A stretch of 64,000 nt of DNA from the NCBI GenBank assembly GCA_039594295.1, contig JBCNNR010000018.1, positions 15,619 to 79,618 on the forward strand. The letters run 5' to 3'. This document shows, piece by piece, positions 7,884 through 17,043 of this stretch. The notes under the pieces were generated by a model. That model saw nothing but the letters and a program-made list of their open reading frames with translations. It searched no databases and had not been told where the DNA came from. Each line of letters begins with the position of its first letter. The first letter of the stretch is position 1. A program made the translations under genes and the position numbers. This DNA is from Bdellovibrio sp. (GTDB lineage Bacteria; Bdellovibrionota; Bdellovibrionia; Bdellovibrionales; Bdellovibrionaceae).

Positions 7884-7939
7884 TTTTATTCTTCATGAAC
7901 TTTGCAGGAGAGCAAAGTGACACTGAGGGGTAGGGGAAC

Positions 7940-8254
7940 GTGAGTCGAGTGCATCAAATTTTAAAATCTGCGTTAGAGCGCAGACAAAGCCTAAATCCAA
8001 AATATTCGTTACGCAATTTTGCAAAAGATCTCGCGGTCAATCCAAGTTTTGTCTCGCGCATTTTGACTGGCAAGCAGACCGTTCCCAGTTCTCGGCTGGA
8101 GCAAATCATTCAAACTCTGGAAATGGATTCGCATACGTCTAAGATGTTGAAAATTGAACTGATCAGAGACTATATGAAAGAGCTTGGTATCCACGAAAAA
8201 GAGCTCCTCAAAGAGGAGCTCTGGGAATCTGTCGTCGCAGAAGAGGTTACATGA
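7940..8254 (+). CDS. Stand-alone XRE-type HTH resembling the N-terminus of TIGR02147 proteins (no DUF4423 part)
   Basis: LERRQSLNPKYSLRNFAKDLAVNPSFVSRILTGKQ matches the NP.YSLR.FA..L...PS..S..L.GK pattern of that family; only 104 aa; stop overlaps the convergent S8 gene by 8 bp. Confidence 0.7.
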   Translation: MSRVHQILKSALERRQSLNPKYSLRNFAKDLAVNPSFVSRILTGKQTVPSSRLEQIIQTLEMDSHTSKMLKIELIRDYMKELGIHEKELLKEELWESVVAEEVT

Positions 8255-10796
8255 AGACGGCTTCACAGCGAATAGCAGCGGTGGGCGTCGTTTTCTTGCT
8301 GAAGATCGCCTTGGCTTCTTTTGTTTGAGTCGTGGCTTCTTTGGAGGTGCCCCATTTTTTAATACCTTCAGTCAGCATGCGAATAGTTACGACTGAAGAG
8401 TTCGGGCTGACCTTCGCCATGGCCATAACGTCTTTCACCACTTGTTCTGGCATCATGCTGGGGTGAAGGTAGACATCTTTCGAAGAAATATGCTCTTTGT
8501 GCATTTTCTGTACAAGATAATTTGCCAAGATGCCCGTGACTGTTGGAGTTGCCATCGAAGTGCCAGATAAATTCTGACGACCTAATGGCGCATCCAGGTG
8601 AAGTTTGATGGATATGGATTTTTTCAGGGATTCGATGACGCTTCCAGCTTCAAGAGCAAGGCCCTGTTTTCTGACCTTTTCCGTGAATTCAATATTTTCC
8701 TTATCATACGAACTACTAATAAGTAATTGAGCGGACGCTAAGCCATCAAATCCTTGAGCCACAAGTTTCGTCGAATTTGCGGAGTTCTTCGCTGGAACAG
8801 AAGAATAAATTTCTTCCCCTGTTGAAAAGATTTGTGGAACCTTGGGGTCGATTAAAATATTGGTAAATGCGGTGAGTGTCCCGTTGACGTTGACACTGCC
8901 CACGGCCAAAAGGTTTTTCACTGCGTTGTTCGGAGTGTCAGGAAGGTTTTTTCTTTTCGCAATTTCCAAGAAGCGAGTTGAAGTGATACCCACAGGGAAG
9001 CCGGCTTTTGTAACCCCGTCCAACCAACCACCATCATTGCCAGTGGCGACCACAAAAAGAGTTCCTGGTGCTTTGGTGTTCATGGTGTGACCGATTTTAT
9101 AGCGAACAAATTCAGAATATAGATCATTCACCATAGATTCATGTTTCTTTTCCAAACTGTGATCTTTTTGAAACGTGGTTCCAAGTGATACATTCGCCAG
9201 TTTCAATTGTTGCTCACCTGCGGCTTCGACCGCTTTTAGGACGTCGTTGATAAAGACAGCATCTAACGTGCCTTTCGGAGTGTTCAGGTAATCTTTAAGG
9301 ATACTTTCGGCGCGTTTGGGTGTCATTTTCATTCCCGAATACTCAGCGCTTACGACGTTCATCAACTCTGCGACGATGGGTAATTGCAGCCACTCGCTGA
9401 ACTCTGTGAGATACTGATCAACCAATGCTTTTCGTCTGATTGGCGCCAGGGCCACGGAAGATGTGGTGACGCGAATAGGAACGATGCGGATATTGGGGTT
9501 TTGATGGGCGATGACACCAGAGACGTGTGTCGCATGAATATTTCCGTTACTTTCTGAAGATAAATAAGGATGTTGTGTGCGGATCACATAGCGGCGCAAA
9601 TCGGATTTCATTTTTTTGTAGGCGGCAGGGTCGTTTTGCATATCTGTTAAACTTTGCGCAACGGCTTTAAGGTTATCAATATTGCGAATCGCTTTACGAA
9701 CGGCCTCTTTTTCTTCTTTTTTCAAAGAAGCGTCTTTTAAAAGGGCTTCATAGCGAGGTTTATTCTCTGAAATAATCGATTCAACCACTTCCAGTGGAGT
9801 TTTGTCATTCCAACGCGGACTGGATTTAATTTGTCGTTCGAATTGAACCAAAGGATCAAAACCGTCAGCTCCCCAGATGACCATGCTAAACGCCGCGTCC
9901 ATGGCTTTTAATGTTGCGGAGCGATTGATCGGAAGAATTGAATCAGTTTGCTGTATCTTTAAGTATGCAAGGAGATTTTCAAAGTTTTTGTTAAAACCTG
10001 TTTTTTGATCAGTGAATTCCAGGGAGCTTTTAAGTGCCTCATAAAAGCGTTTGGCATGTTCAATTCTTTCAGCATTTCGCATCATGTTCGGTGCGAAACG
10101 GTCGGGTCCTGTATAGAAGTCGAAGATTCGATTGTCTTTTATTTCTTGCTCAGTAAATGGGGTGACTTTGTCAACTTCGACCTGAAGTGCATCGATTGTA
10201 TAATTTCTTGTGAGGTCCAGAGCACCGCGAAGAGAAAGACTTTCTTTTGGAATTTTCGCAAAGAGACTTTGTTTTAGTTCCGGATCTGTTTGAAGTGCAT
10301 TATAGAAATGTTCCACGAAAGTATCGTTGGACTGTCTAATCAACTGCAATGGACTTTCTGCAGGTTCTACGATTAAGCCATTTTTTATTTCTTTGGCACC
10401 GAAAGCAAAAAGAGTTGGGTCCACCATGATGTGGGTTCCTGAAGGACCACCACCCATCACGTCGATACCTGCGCCAGCAACGCGACCATCGACGATGCGA
10501 TAATCAATTTGTGCTTGAAGATCTTTGTGCGCGATATCCACACCGCTGTCGATCACGCCGACGCGGAGTAAGTCTGTTCTGCGCGCATCTTTTTCCTGAC
10601 GGAGTACAATGGCATCGCGCTCTTTTTGTGAAAGCTCACGCACTTGGCTGCGCATCCACTCCAACTGGCGGGGGAATTTACCACTCCAAAACGAATCTCG
10701 GGGATCTTGCGAGGGTCCCGTTTTACAGGAAGGCAAGGCTAAGATAACGGCTAATGATAGCATCATAACGCGGCTTTTTGATTTCATTTTACTCAT
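8247..10796 (-). CDS. S8 (subtilisin-like) serine peptidase, lipoprotein, with a large insertion
   Basis: Catalytic motifs VGVIDSGVD, HATHVSG, VATGND, SGTSMATP; lipobox-like LALPS/C; about 300-aa helical insert between the Asp and His motifs. Confidence 0.9.
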   Translation of the reverse strand: MSKMKSKSRVMMLSLAVILALPSCKTGPSQDPRDSFWSGKFPRQLEWMRSQVRELSQKERDAIVLRQEKDARRTDLLRVGVIDSGVDIAHKDLQAQIDYRIVDGRVAGAGIDVMGGGPSGTHIMVDPTLFAFGAKEIKNGLIVEPAESPLQLIRQSNDTFVEHFYNALQTDPELKQSLFAKIPKESLSLRGALDLTRNYTIDALQVEVDKVTPFTEQEIKDNRIFDFYTGPDRFAPNMMRNAERIEHAKRFYEALKSSLEFTDQKTGFNKNFENLLAYLKIQQTDSILPINRSATLKAMDAAFSMVIWGADGFDPLVQFERQIKSSPRWNDKTPLEVVESIISENKPRYEALLKDASLKKEEKEAVRKAIRNIDNLKAVAQSLTDMQNDPAAYKKMKSDLRRYVIRTQHPYLSSESNGNIHATHVSGVIAHQNPNIRIVPIRVTTSSVALAPIRRKALVDQYLTEFSEWLQLPIVAELMNVVSAEYSGMKMTPKRAESILKDYLNTPKGTLDAVFINDVLKAVEAAGEQQLKLANVSLGTTFQKDHSLEKKHESMVNDLYSEFVRYKIGHTMNTKAPGTLFVVATGNDGGWLDGVTKAGFPVGITSTRFLEIAKRKNLPDTPNNAVKNLLAVGSVNVNGTLTAFTNILIDPKVPQIFSTGEEIYSSVPAKNSANSTKLVAQGFDGLASAQLLISSSYDKENIEFTEKVRKQGLALEAGSVIESLKKSISIKLHLDAPLGRQNLSGTSMATPTVTGILANYLVQKMHKEHISSKDVYLHPSMMPEQVVKDVMAMAKVSPNSSVVTIRMLTEGIKKWGTSKEATTQTKEAKAIFSKKTTPTAAIRCEAVFM

Positions 10797-10829
10797 GGAG
10801 ATTCTCCCTTTTTATATGTTCAGGAAGAA

Positions 10830-10845
10830 AGCAATTTGAAAGCCA
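10830..10845 (-). promoter_or_regulatory. Sigma54-type promoter for the S8 peptidase
   Basis: Minus strand TGGCTTTCAAATTGCT (GG-N10-GC), 33 bp upstream of the ATG, which has an AAGGGAG RBS. Confidence 0.6.
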
Positions 10846-10979
10846 CTGTTCATGAAATCAGAGGGTTTATCGTAAGTGTCTATGGAGACAGGGAAAAAAG
10901 ATTTTTTGAGGAATCTTGATAGGAGTGTTGCCTGGTATGAAACGACCAGGACTTAAAAGAGTGCCTTTTTTGGGAGGTC

Positions 10980-11024
10980 GTTGAGTAATTTGGTAAACAC
11001 TGTAATTACACCAAATTACTCAAC
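10980..11024. repeat. Perfect 15-bp inverted repeat with 15-nt spacer
   Basis: GTTGAGTAATTTGGT (10980-10994) / ACCAAATTACTCAAC (11010-11024). Confidence 0.85.
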
Positions 11025-11049
11025 ATTATTGAGAGGGAGCAAGAGGCGC

Positions 11050-12489
11050 TTAGTAGATCCCGAGAACCTTCCACCAAGCAGCACCCAAGCCCATCCAAAT
11101 CACAATATAAACGATGGAGAAAATGAACCCAATTCTCCACCAATCTTTCAGCTCGACATATCCGACGCCATAGAGAATCGGTGCAGGTCCGTGCGCATAG
11201 TGAGTCAGGACTCCCGAGAGAGAGCCGGTGAATCCCAACATCAAGGCGACAAGTTTTCCCTCGATGCCGACAGCTATGGCGACGGCAAGCATCGCAGAAT
11301 ACATCGCCGCCACGTGAGCTGTCGCACTCGCAAAAAGATAGCGAGTGTAGAAGTAAACCAGAATCACCGCAGGGAAAGCCCAGTACCACGGCAGATGTCC
11401 AAGTTCTGCTTTGACGATGCCGCTGAACCAACTGACGAAGCCCAGTTGGTTCAGGCCCTCCGCCATCATGACCAAGGCAGAGAACCACACCATGGTGTCC
11501 CATGCACCTTTTTCGCCTTTCACGTCTTCCCAAGTTAAAACGCCGCTTAATAGTAAGAACGACAGACCAATCATCGCACCTACGGTGGCATCGATTTTCA
11601 ATTGCGGTCCAAAGATCCACATCACCAAAAGCATCACAAACGCGACAATCATCAACCATTCATTGCGAGTGATGGCGCCGAGTTCTTTCAACTTGGTTTT
11701 GGTTTCCTGTTGAACGGAGCGAGTGTCTTTTAATTCGGGAGGGAAGATCTTAAATAGCAACCACGGCGTCAGTGCGAGACATACCAGCCCTGGTACCAAG
11801 GCTGCCATTGCCCAGCCGCCCCAAGAGATTTCAACTCCCAAGTCTTTTGCGAATTTTTGGCACATGGAATTGGAGGCCGTTCCGGTGATAAACATCGCCG
11901 CTCCCAAAAGATTCGCATAGTACGAGTTTAAAGTTAAATAAGCGCCCATGCGGCGGTGAGTTTTTGGATCTGCAGGATCAGAACCAAAGCCCATGGAAAT
12001 AGATTTCATAATCGGCATCAAGATACCGCCGGCTCGCGCGGTATTACTTGGAGTCGCCGGTGCCAGCACTAAATCAGAGAATGCCAAACCATAGGCAATC
12101 CCCAAGGGAGTTTTGCCAAGCTTCACGATAAACCAATAGGCGATTCTTTTTCCCAAACCTGTTTTGATAAATCCGCGCGAAATAAAAAACGCGATGGTGA
12201 TCATCCAGATGGTGCCGTTACCAAAACCACTCAAAGCCAACTTAACTGATTGAGACATATCTCCCGGAGCACGCAATTGCAGGGCGGCGACCAAGGCAAT
12301 CGAGATCATCGAAATGCTTCCCATTGTCGCGGCTTTAATGACGATTCCAAAGATGGCGGAGATAAAGATCGCAAATAAATGCCAAGCACCCTCTTTTAAA
12401 CCTGCCGGAGGAGGTGTGATCCAGATAAGCGCACCTAAAACAAGCACAGCAATCCAGGCTTTGTAGTTCATTTCCTGATCTTTATTCAT
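11050..12489 (-). CDS. DASS family di/tricarboxylate transporter (CitT/TtdT/DIT1-like anion permease)
   Basis: W.LFAIF, LSGFGN..IW, GF.KTGLG.RIA, TPSNTAR.GG, TSAMFITG-like AAMFITGT, LFAS.TAH..A, THYA.GPAPI..G.GYV, WWK.LG terminus. Start 12489 or 12471. Confidence 0.92.
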   Translation of the reverse strand: MNKDQEMNYKAWIAVLVLGALIWITPPPAGLKEGAWHLFAIFISAIFGIVIKAATMGSISMISIALVAALQLRAPGDMSQSVKLALSGFGNGTIWMITIAFFISRGFIKTGLGKRIAYWFIVKLGKTPLGIAYGLAFSDLVLAPATPSNTARAGGILMPIMKSISMGFGSDPADPKTHRRMGAYLTLNSYYANLLGAAMFITGTASNSMCQKFAKDLGVEISWGGWAMAALVPGLVCLALTPWLLFKIFPPELKDTRSVQQETKTKLKELGAITRNEWLMIVAFVMLLVMWIFGPQLKIDATVGAMIGLSFLLLSGVLTWEDVKGEKGAWDTMVWFSALVMMAEGLNQLGFVSWFSGIVKAELGHLPWYWAFPAVILVYFYTRYLFASATAHVAAMYSAMLAVAIAVGIEGKLVALMLGFTGSLSGVLTHYAHGPAPILYGVGYVELKDWWRIGFIFSIVYIVIWMGLGAAWWKVLGIY

Positions 12490-12611
12490 GCGAATCCTTT
12501 CACTAAGCATTATCAGCGTAAAGGACTTGTTTCAGAGTGTAAAGGAACTTGAGTTTAATAAAAAAAACTCTGTCATGCTAAATGTCAGATGTTTGCTCAG
12601 GGGGAGTTGCT

Positions 12612-12935
12612 ATGTATCATCTTTTGATGCGCATTCGACAAGTTGGTTTTTCATCACGCTTAAAGGCTCACCGCAAGCTCCTTACTTTGGAGACTTTAAA
12701 ATTTATCGTCGAGTATCTTCGGGATGGAAATGCGCGGCTGGCGGCGTTCCGTTCTGGCGTTCCTGAAAACTATGCTTCCAAGCAAGGTGCGTGGCTTAAA
12801 AAGCATCCCATCGTTTTAGCAGCGATGGAAGCCGAGGTTGATGAGCGCGATGCTTTGCGCTTGCAGAAAGCGGTCGCGGAAATCGATCGTCAGATGGATA
12901 TTTGTAAAGATATTTTAGGATTGCAGGATTTTTAA
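12612..12935 (+). CDS. Phage small-terminase-like protein (Terminase_2-type N-terminal HTH), orphan
   Basis: LTLETLKFIVEYLRDGNARLAAFRSGVPENYASKQGAWLKKHPIVLAAM matches the TerS pattern LT.KQ..F..EYL.D.NAT.AA.RAGYS...A...G..LL..P.V. GGGGAG RBS before ATG 12612. Confidence 0.6.
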   Translation: MYHLLMRIRQVGFSSRLKAHRKLLTLETLKFIVEYLRDGNARLAAFRSGVPENYASKQGAWLKKHPIVLAAMEAEVDERDALRLQKAVAEIDRQMDICKDILGLQDF

Positions 12936-13891
12936 TGAAAATGTCGTTTTCCATGTGGGCGTTTTTCTTGGTTGTGTTTTCCTCCGGGTTGGTTCGGGCG
13001 CAGATGTTTTCTGGATTGATGCCGCCATCCAAACAGCGCGGGACTTTGACTTACACGGGCTCGGTTCAACCTGATACCAAATTTGATACGTCTGATAACA
13101 AAGCAAGCCTCAATCGCGGAACCGTGATTGCTAACATTCCGGTTTATAAAACCGAGAAGGAAAGTTGGAGTGTCAGTTTACTGGGACACTGGTTGGATCT
13201 TTATCCTGATCAGGAGGCGATGCCGGATCTTTATCAAGCCGATGTCGGCGTGACTTACAGTCGCATGGTCGATGAAAAAGCGTATTGGGCTTTGAATGGA
13301 AGTTTTGGCTCTGCCAGTGATAAACCGTTTAAAGATCCTTCAGTCGACACGATCGGGGGAAATTTCTTTTACATTGATCCAGTGGACGCGACCGCCAGTT
13401 GGGTCTATCTGGTTAATTACTCCAATAATCGTCCCATTCTCAATGGAATCCCTCTGCCAGGTTTTGCCTATATGTATACGCCTTCCAAAAGTTTCCGCGG
13501 TACCTATGGTGTGCCTTTTGCGATGATTTATTGGGAGTTCGTTGATAAGTGGTCATTGAATTTGTTTACGCTGATCCCGTGGGTGATTAAGTCTTCCGTC
13601 GATTATTCGATTGCGGGGCCCATGAAGGCTTCGCTAGGTTTGGATTTTTCACAGTCGACCTTTTATCTGTATGGCCGAGTGAACCGCAAAGAACGCCTGT
13701 TTTATGATGAAAAGCGTTTGTATGTGGGATTTAAAACACCGTTGTCGCAGCAATTTATCGCGGAAGTGGAAGCGGGTTATTCGTTTGATCGTCGTTATTT
13801 CCAAGACGAAAATTATGACATCAGTCCCAAGGATGCGATTCACCTGGGGACAAGTCCCTATCTGAAGTTACAATTAACAGCTTTATTTTAG
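12935..13891 (+). CDS. Outer-membrane beta-barrel protein (DUF6268-like)
   Basis: Signal peptide ending VRA/Q, alternating amphipathic beta strands, C-terminal Phe (LQLTALF). ATG overlaps the upstream stop. Confidence 0.65.
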   Translation: MKMSFSMWAFFLVVFSSGLVRAQMFSGLMPPSKQRGTLTYTGSVQPDTKFDTSDNKASLNRGTVIANIPVYKTEKESWSVSLLGHWLDLYPDQEAMPDLYQADVGVTYSRMVDEKAYWALNGSFGSASDKPFKDPSVDTIGGNFFYIDPVDATASWVYLVNYSNNRPILNGIPLPGFAYMYTPSKSFRGTYGVPFAMIYWEFVDKWSLNLFTLIPWVIKSSVDYSIAGPMKASLGLDFSQSTFYLYGRVNRKERLFYDEKRLYVGFKTPLSQQFIAEVEAGYSFDRRYFQDENYDISPKDAIHLGTSPYLKLQLTALF

Positions 13892-13946
13892 TGATCAGAA
13901 GAAAGAAGGCGGTAAACTGAGTTGGAAGCGGAGGCAAAAAACACTG

Positions 13947-13968
13947 GCTTCTGCGTTTTTGCAGAAGC
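13947..13968. terminator. Hairpin between convergent genes (possible bidirectional terminator)
   Basis: GCTTCTGC-GTTTTT-GCAGAAGC between the 13891 and 14050 stops. Confidence 0.5.
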
Positions 13969-14049
13969 AATCTTCAAATAGCTGCTCAACAAAAGAGCCA
14001 AGAAGATAAAAAACCAATTACTTGGTGATAAGTGTAAAAGCATACGTTC

Positions 14050-14613
14050 CTAGGAGCTTTTTTTGCTCTTTAAGTAACCAAAATAGTATTCAATACCGCT
14101 TGTTATACTCAAAATGACGCTTACCCACAAGACCCCGTAGCCAACTTTGTCCAAATAAGGCACGTATTGGTCAATGTTTCCAATAATTACAATGGGAATG
14201 GCCACCATTTGCATGGCTGTCTTCCATTTACCCGCAGGTTTGGCGTCGATAATAATCTGATCCGCCGCAGCAACGGAGCGGATACCCCCGATAAAATTGT
14301 CGCGGGCCAGGATTATGATCACCATCCAGGCGTCGATTTTGCCCAGGGCCAAAAGCATCGCCAGGATGCTGGTCACCAGAATTTTATCTGCGATGGGATC
14401 CATGAATTTACCGAAGTTGCTAACGGCGCCGTATTTGCGGGCATAATAGCCATCGAAATAATCAGTGATGGAAGCGAGCATAAAGATCAACGCTGCGGCG
14501 ATATTCCAGGCTAATTTGTCGGGGTACATGGCCCCGACTACCAATGGCACCATAAAGATGCGGCTCATGGTAATTCTCATCGGCAGCTTTTTTTGCCACT
14601 CAGTGACTTGCAT
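14050..14613 (-). CDS. pgsA: CDP-diacylglycerol--glycerol-3-phosphate 3-phosphatidyltransferase
   Basis: ITMSRI, TDYFDGYYARKY...FGKFMDPIADK CDP-alcohol phosphotransferase motif; GKWKTAMQM. Confidence 0.95.
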   Translation of the reverse strand: MQVTEWQKKLPMRITMSRIFMVPLVVGAMYPDKLAWNIAAALIFMLASITDYFDGYYARKYGAVSNFGKFMDPIADKILVTSILAMLLALGKIDAWMVIIILARDNFIGGIRSVAAADQIIIDAKPAGKWKTAMQMVAIPIVIIGNIDQYVPYLDKVGYGVLWVSVILSITSGIEYYFGYLKSKKSS

Positions 14614-14682
14614 GCACTCTCCAAATCGCGCGAAAAAAATAATGCGTAGACTTAAACTAACAATTTAGTCTAGAAATAATCA

Positions 14683-15093
14683 ATGTTTATTCATCGTCAT
14701 AAAGTGCAGTTTTACGAAACAGACCTCATGGGTATTGTCCACCATAGCAATTACCTGCGTTTTTACGAAGAGGCGCGGGTGGCGTGGGCGATCGACAAGG
14801 GATTGATTGACTACCAAAAACCGGAATCAGCAAGTTACTTTGCGGTTTACGAAACCCAGGTCAAACATCTGAAGCCGACATTCTTTGGCGATGATCTGGA
14901 AATCGAAGTTCAAGCTCGTGTGGAGTTGAGTCGGTTGATTTTCCAGTACCGCATGCGCGGACGTGGAGGTAGCACCTGCTCCGTCGCCCAAACAGTGCAT
15001 GTGGCTTTGGACAAAGATTTAAAATTGATGAGATTACCGGCCGGAATCAAGGCCGCAGTGGAGAAAGAATCATGGACAGAAACCTGGCTTTAG
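14683..15093 (+). CDS. Acyl-CoA thioesterase, YbgC/FadM (4HBT) family
   Basis: VQFYETDLMGIVHHSNYLRFYEEAR motif. Confidence 0.9.
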   Translation: MFIHRHKVQFYETDLMGIVHHSNYLRFYEEARVAWAIDKGLIDYQKPESASYFAVYETQVKHLKPTFFGDDLEIEVQARVELSRLIFQYRMRGRGGSTCSVAQTVHVALDKDLKLMRLPAGIKAAVEKESWTETWL

Positions 15094-16040
15094 AATTTGT
15101 ACGTGTGACCGAGGCAGCAGCATTAGAATCCGCTCGTTGGATGGGGCGGGGCGATGAAAAAGCCGCGGATGCAGCGGCGGTGGATGCCATGAGAAAAGCT
15201 TTCGACGTTCTTCGCATGGACGGCACTGTGGTTATCGGTGAAGGGGAGCGCGACGAAGCGCCCATGCTTTATATCGGTGAAAAAGTGGGAACAAAAACGG
15301 ACGATGCCCCGGCATTGGACATCGCTTTAGATCCACTTGAAGGCACGACAATCTGTGCGACGGGTGGGCCTGGTTCTATTTCTGTGATCGCGGTTGCAGA
15401 AAAAGGAAAATTCCTTCATGCGCCGGACACGTACATGGATAAAATTGCCTGTGGTCCAGGAGCAAAAGGTCAGATCGATATCGATAAAACTCCGACTGAA
15501 AATGTGGAGGCTGTTGCTAAAGCGCTGGGTAAAAAAGTCAGTGACATGACGGTGGTGATTTTAAACCGTCCTCGCCACAAAGAATTAATTGATGAAGTTC
15601 GTAAAACGGGTGCACGTATCCAGTTGATCGGCGATGGCGACGTTTCTGCGGCGGTCTCTGCGGCTTGGCCTGATTCTGGTATTGATTTGTTGATCGGTAT
15701 TGGTGGCGCACCAGAAGGTGTGATCTCTGCGGCAGCGATGCAATGCTTGGGTGGGGACTTCCAGGGGCGCTTGAAATGGAGAAACGAAGAAGAAAGAGCC
15801 CGTGCTTCGAAAATGGGCCTTAAGGACCTCGACAAAAAATTCACTTGTGATGAGCTGGCTAGCGGCTCGGTGATGTTTGTCGCAACCGGGATCACGGATG
15901 GTTCATTGCTTAAAGGCGTTCGTTTCCTTCCCGATGGAAAAGCGAAAAGCCACTCGATTGTGATGCGTTCACAAACGGGCACAATCCGTACAATTGAAGC
16001 GTTCCATGATTTCACTTGGAAGAAAAACAAGAAGTCTTAA
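15072..16040 (+). CDS. glpX: Fructose-1,6-bisphosphatase class II
   Basis: MDRNLALEFVRVTEAAAL, VVIGEGERDEAPML, DPLEGT, APDTYMDK, DGDV, GGAPEGV motifs. Confidence 0.97.
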   Translation: MDRNLALEFVRVTEAAALESARWMGRGDEKAADAAAVDAMRKAFDVLRMDGTVVIGEGERDEAPMLYIGEKVGTKTDDAPALDIALDPLEGTTICATGGPGSISVIAVAEKGKFLHAPDTYMDKIACGPGAKGQIDIDKTPTENVEAVAKALGKKVSDMTVVILNRPRHKELIDEVRKTGARIQLIGDGDVSAAVSAAWPDSGIDLLIGIGGAPEGVISAAAMQCLGGDFQGRLKWRNEEERARASKMGLKDLDKKFTCDELASGSVMFVATGITDGSLLKGVRFLPDGKAKSHSIVMRSQTGTIRTIEAFHDFTWKKNKKS

Positions 16041-16043
16041 GTC

Positions 16044-16340
16044 ATGAGTGCAGTGCTTTTTTGTTTCAGTTGCAAAAAAGAGATGTCCTTCGCAGGGAAT
16101 ATCGGCCGTCGTGAGGAATGCCCTCACTGTCGTGCCGATGTGCACGTCTGTAAAAACTGCGATTTCTATGATCCAAAAGTTTATAACGAGTGCCGGGAAA
16201 CACAGGCCGATGTTGTGCGCGAAAAAGATCGTGCGAATTTTTGCGATTACTTTACTCCACGCAAAGGTGGGGCGGGTCCGGAAGATCAGGCGGCAAAACT
16301 TCGTGCCGCGGCAGATGCTTTGTTTAATTTCAAAAAATAA
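16044..16340 (+). CDS. Small Cys-rich (putative zinc-binding) conserved hypothetical protein
   Basis: CFSC, CPHC, CKNC, C and ANFCDYF; 3 nt after glpX. Confidence 0.75.
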   Translation: MSAVLFCFSCKKEMSFAGNIGRREECPHCRADVHVCKNCDFYDPKVYNECRETQADVVREKDRANFCDYFTPRKGGAGPEDQAAKLRAAADALFNFKK

Positions 16341-16486
16341 GGCGACCTTGGATGGGTCTCATGGACTTTCGTGGTTCTTTTTGCGTGATTCGAAATGCAA
16401 AAGGGGGCTTCTGTCCGTAGCCATTTCATTTTTATCTGATTAGGATTGTATTCGTAGCCTGCGAGATTTTCTTAAAGGAGGGCAAG

Positions 16487-16855
16487 ATGCCTAACAGAGA
16501 ACCTCAAAAACAGAATACAAAAATGCCGAAATCTGATGTTCCTCCGAAATTCTCTGAGGATACTCATAAACACTACAGTCAAGGTTCGGAGCAGGTGCCA
16601 GACGAAGAGTTTCAAGCCGATAGCAACTGGCCGGAAGAAAATGAAAATCCCGGTCAGCAAGCGTCTCAGCGAAATCCTGCAGGCGCAACCGAGGCGGATC
16701 GTTCATTGCGTGGTTCGCAAGTGAACCAGGCAAAAAAAGGTTCTGCTAAAGAAGCCTTTGATGTGAATGAGGAGACGGATTTTGAGCGCACTGGTCGAGA
16801 AAGTTTAATTGATGAAAAATCCAGCGAAAGACGTGGTAAAAATTCAACTCACTAG
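16487..16855 (+). CDS. Hydrophilic, probably disordered hypothetical protein
   Basis: AAGGAGGG RBS; very polar (E/N/Q/K/S/P-rich) 122 aa; followed by a terminator. Confidence 0.6.
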   Translation: MPNREPQKQNTKMPKSDVPPKFSEDTHKHYSQGSEQVPDEEFQADSNWPEENENPGQQASQRNPAGATEADRSLRGSQVNQAKKGSAKEAFDVNEETDFERTGRESLIDEKSSERRGKNSTH

Positions 16856-16907
16856 ACAAGAAATTGAATAGAGAGAAAGAGTTATATCAACGACGGACGC
16901 TCGAGTG

Positions 16908-16940
16908 AAAATGCACGACTTTAGAGTTGTGCATTTTCTT
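16908..16940 (+). terminator. Intrinsic terminator
   Basis: AAAATGCACGACT-TTAG-AGTTGTGCATTTT followed by CTTTTT. Confidence 0.7.
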
Positions 16941-17043
16941 TTTATCCATGCGTACAAATCTCAACCAAACTTCACCACACAATATTTAGAAATTGGAGTC
17001 GCGCTGATGACAGCATTTCGTACGTCTGTTAAGTTTTAATGAA

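Noticed and set aside
13888-14043. 51-codon minus-strand ORF right after pgsA (MLLHLSPSNWFFIFLALLL...)
   Set aside because: It has a hydrophobic stretch and a weak RBS, but it spans the probable terminator hairpin at 13947-13968, and the hydrophobicity follows from T-richness. It could be revisited with conservation data.
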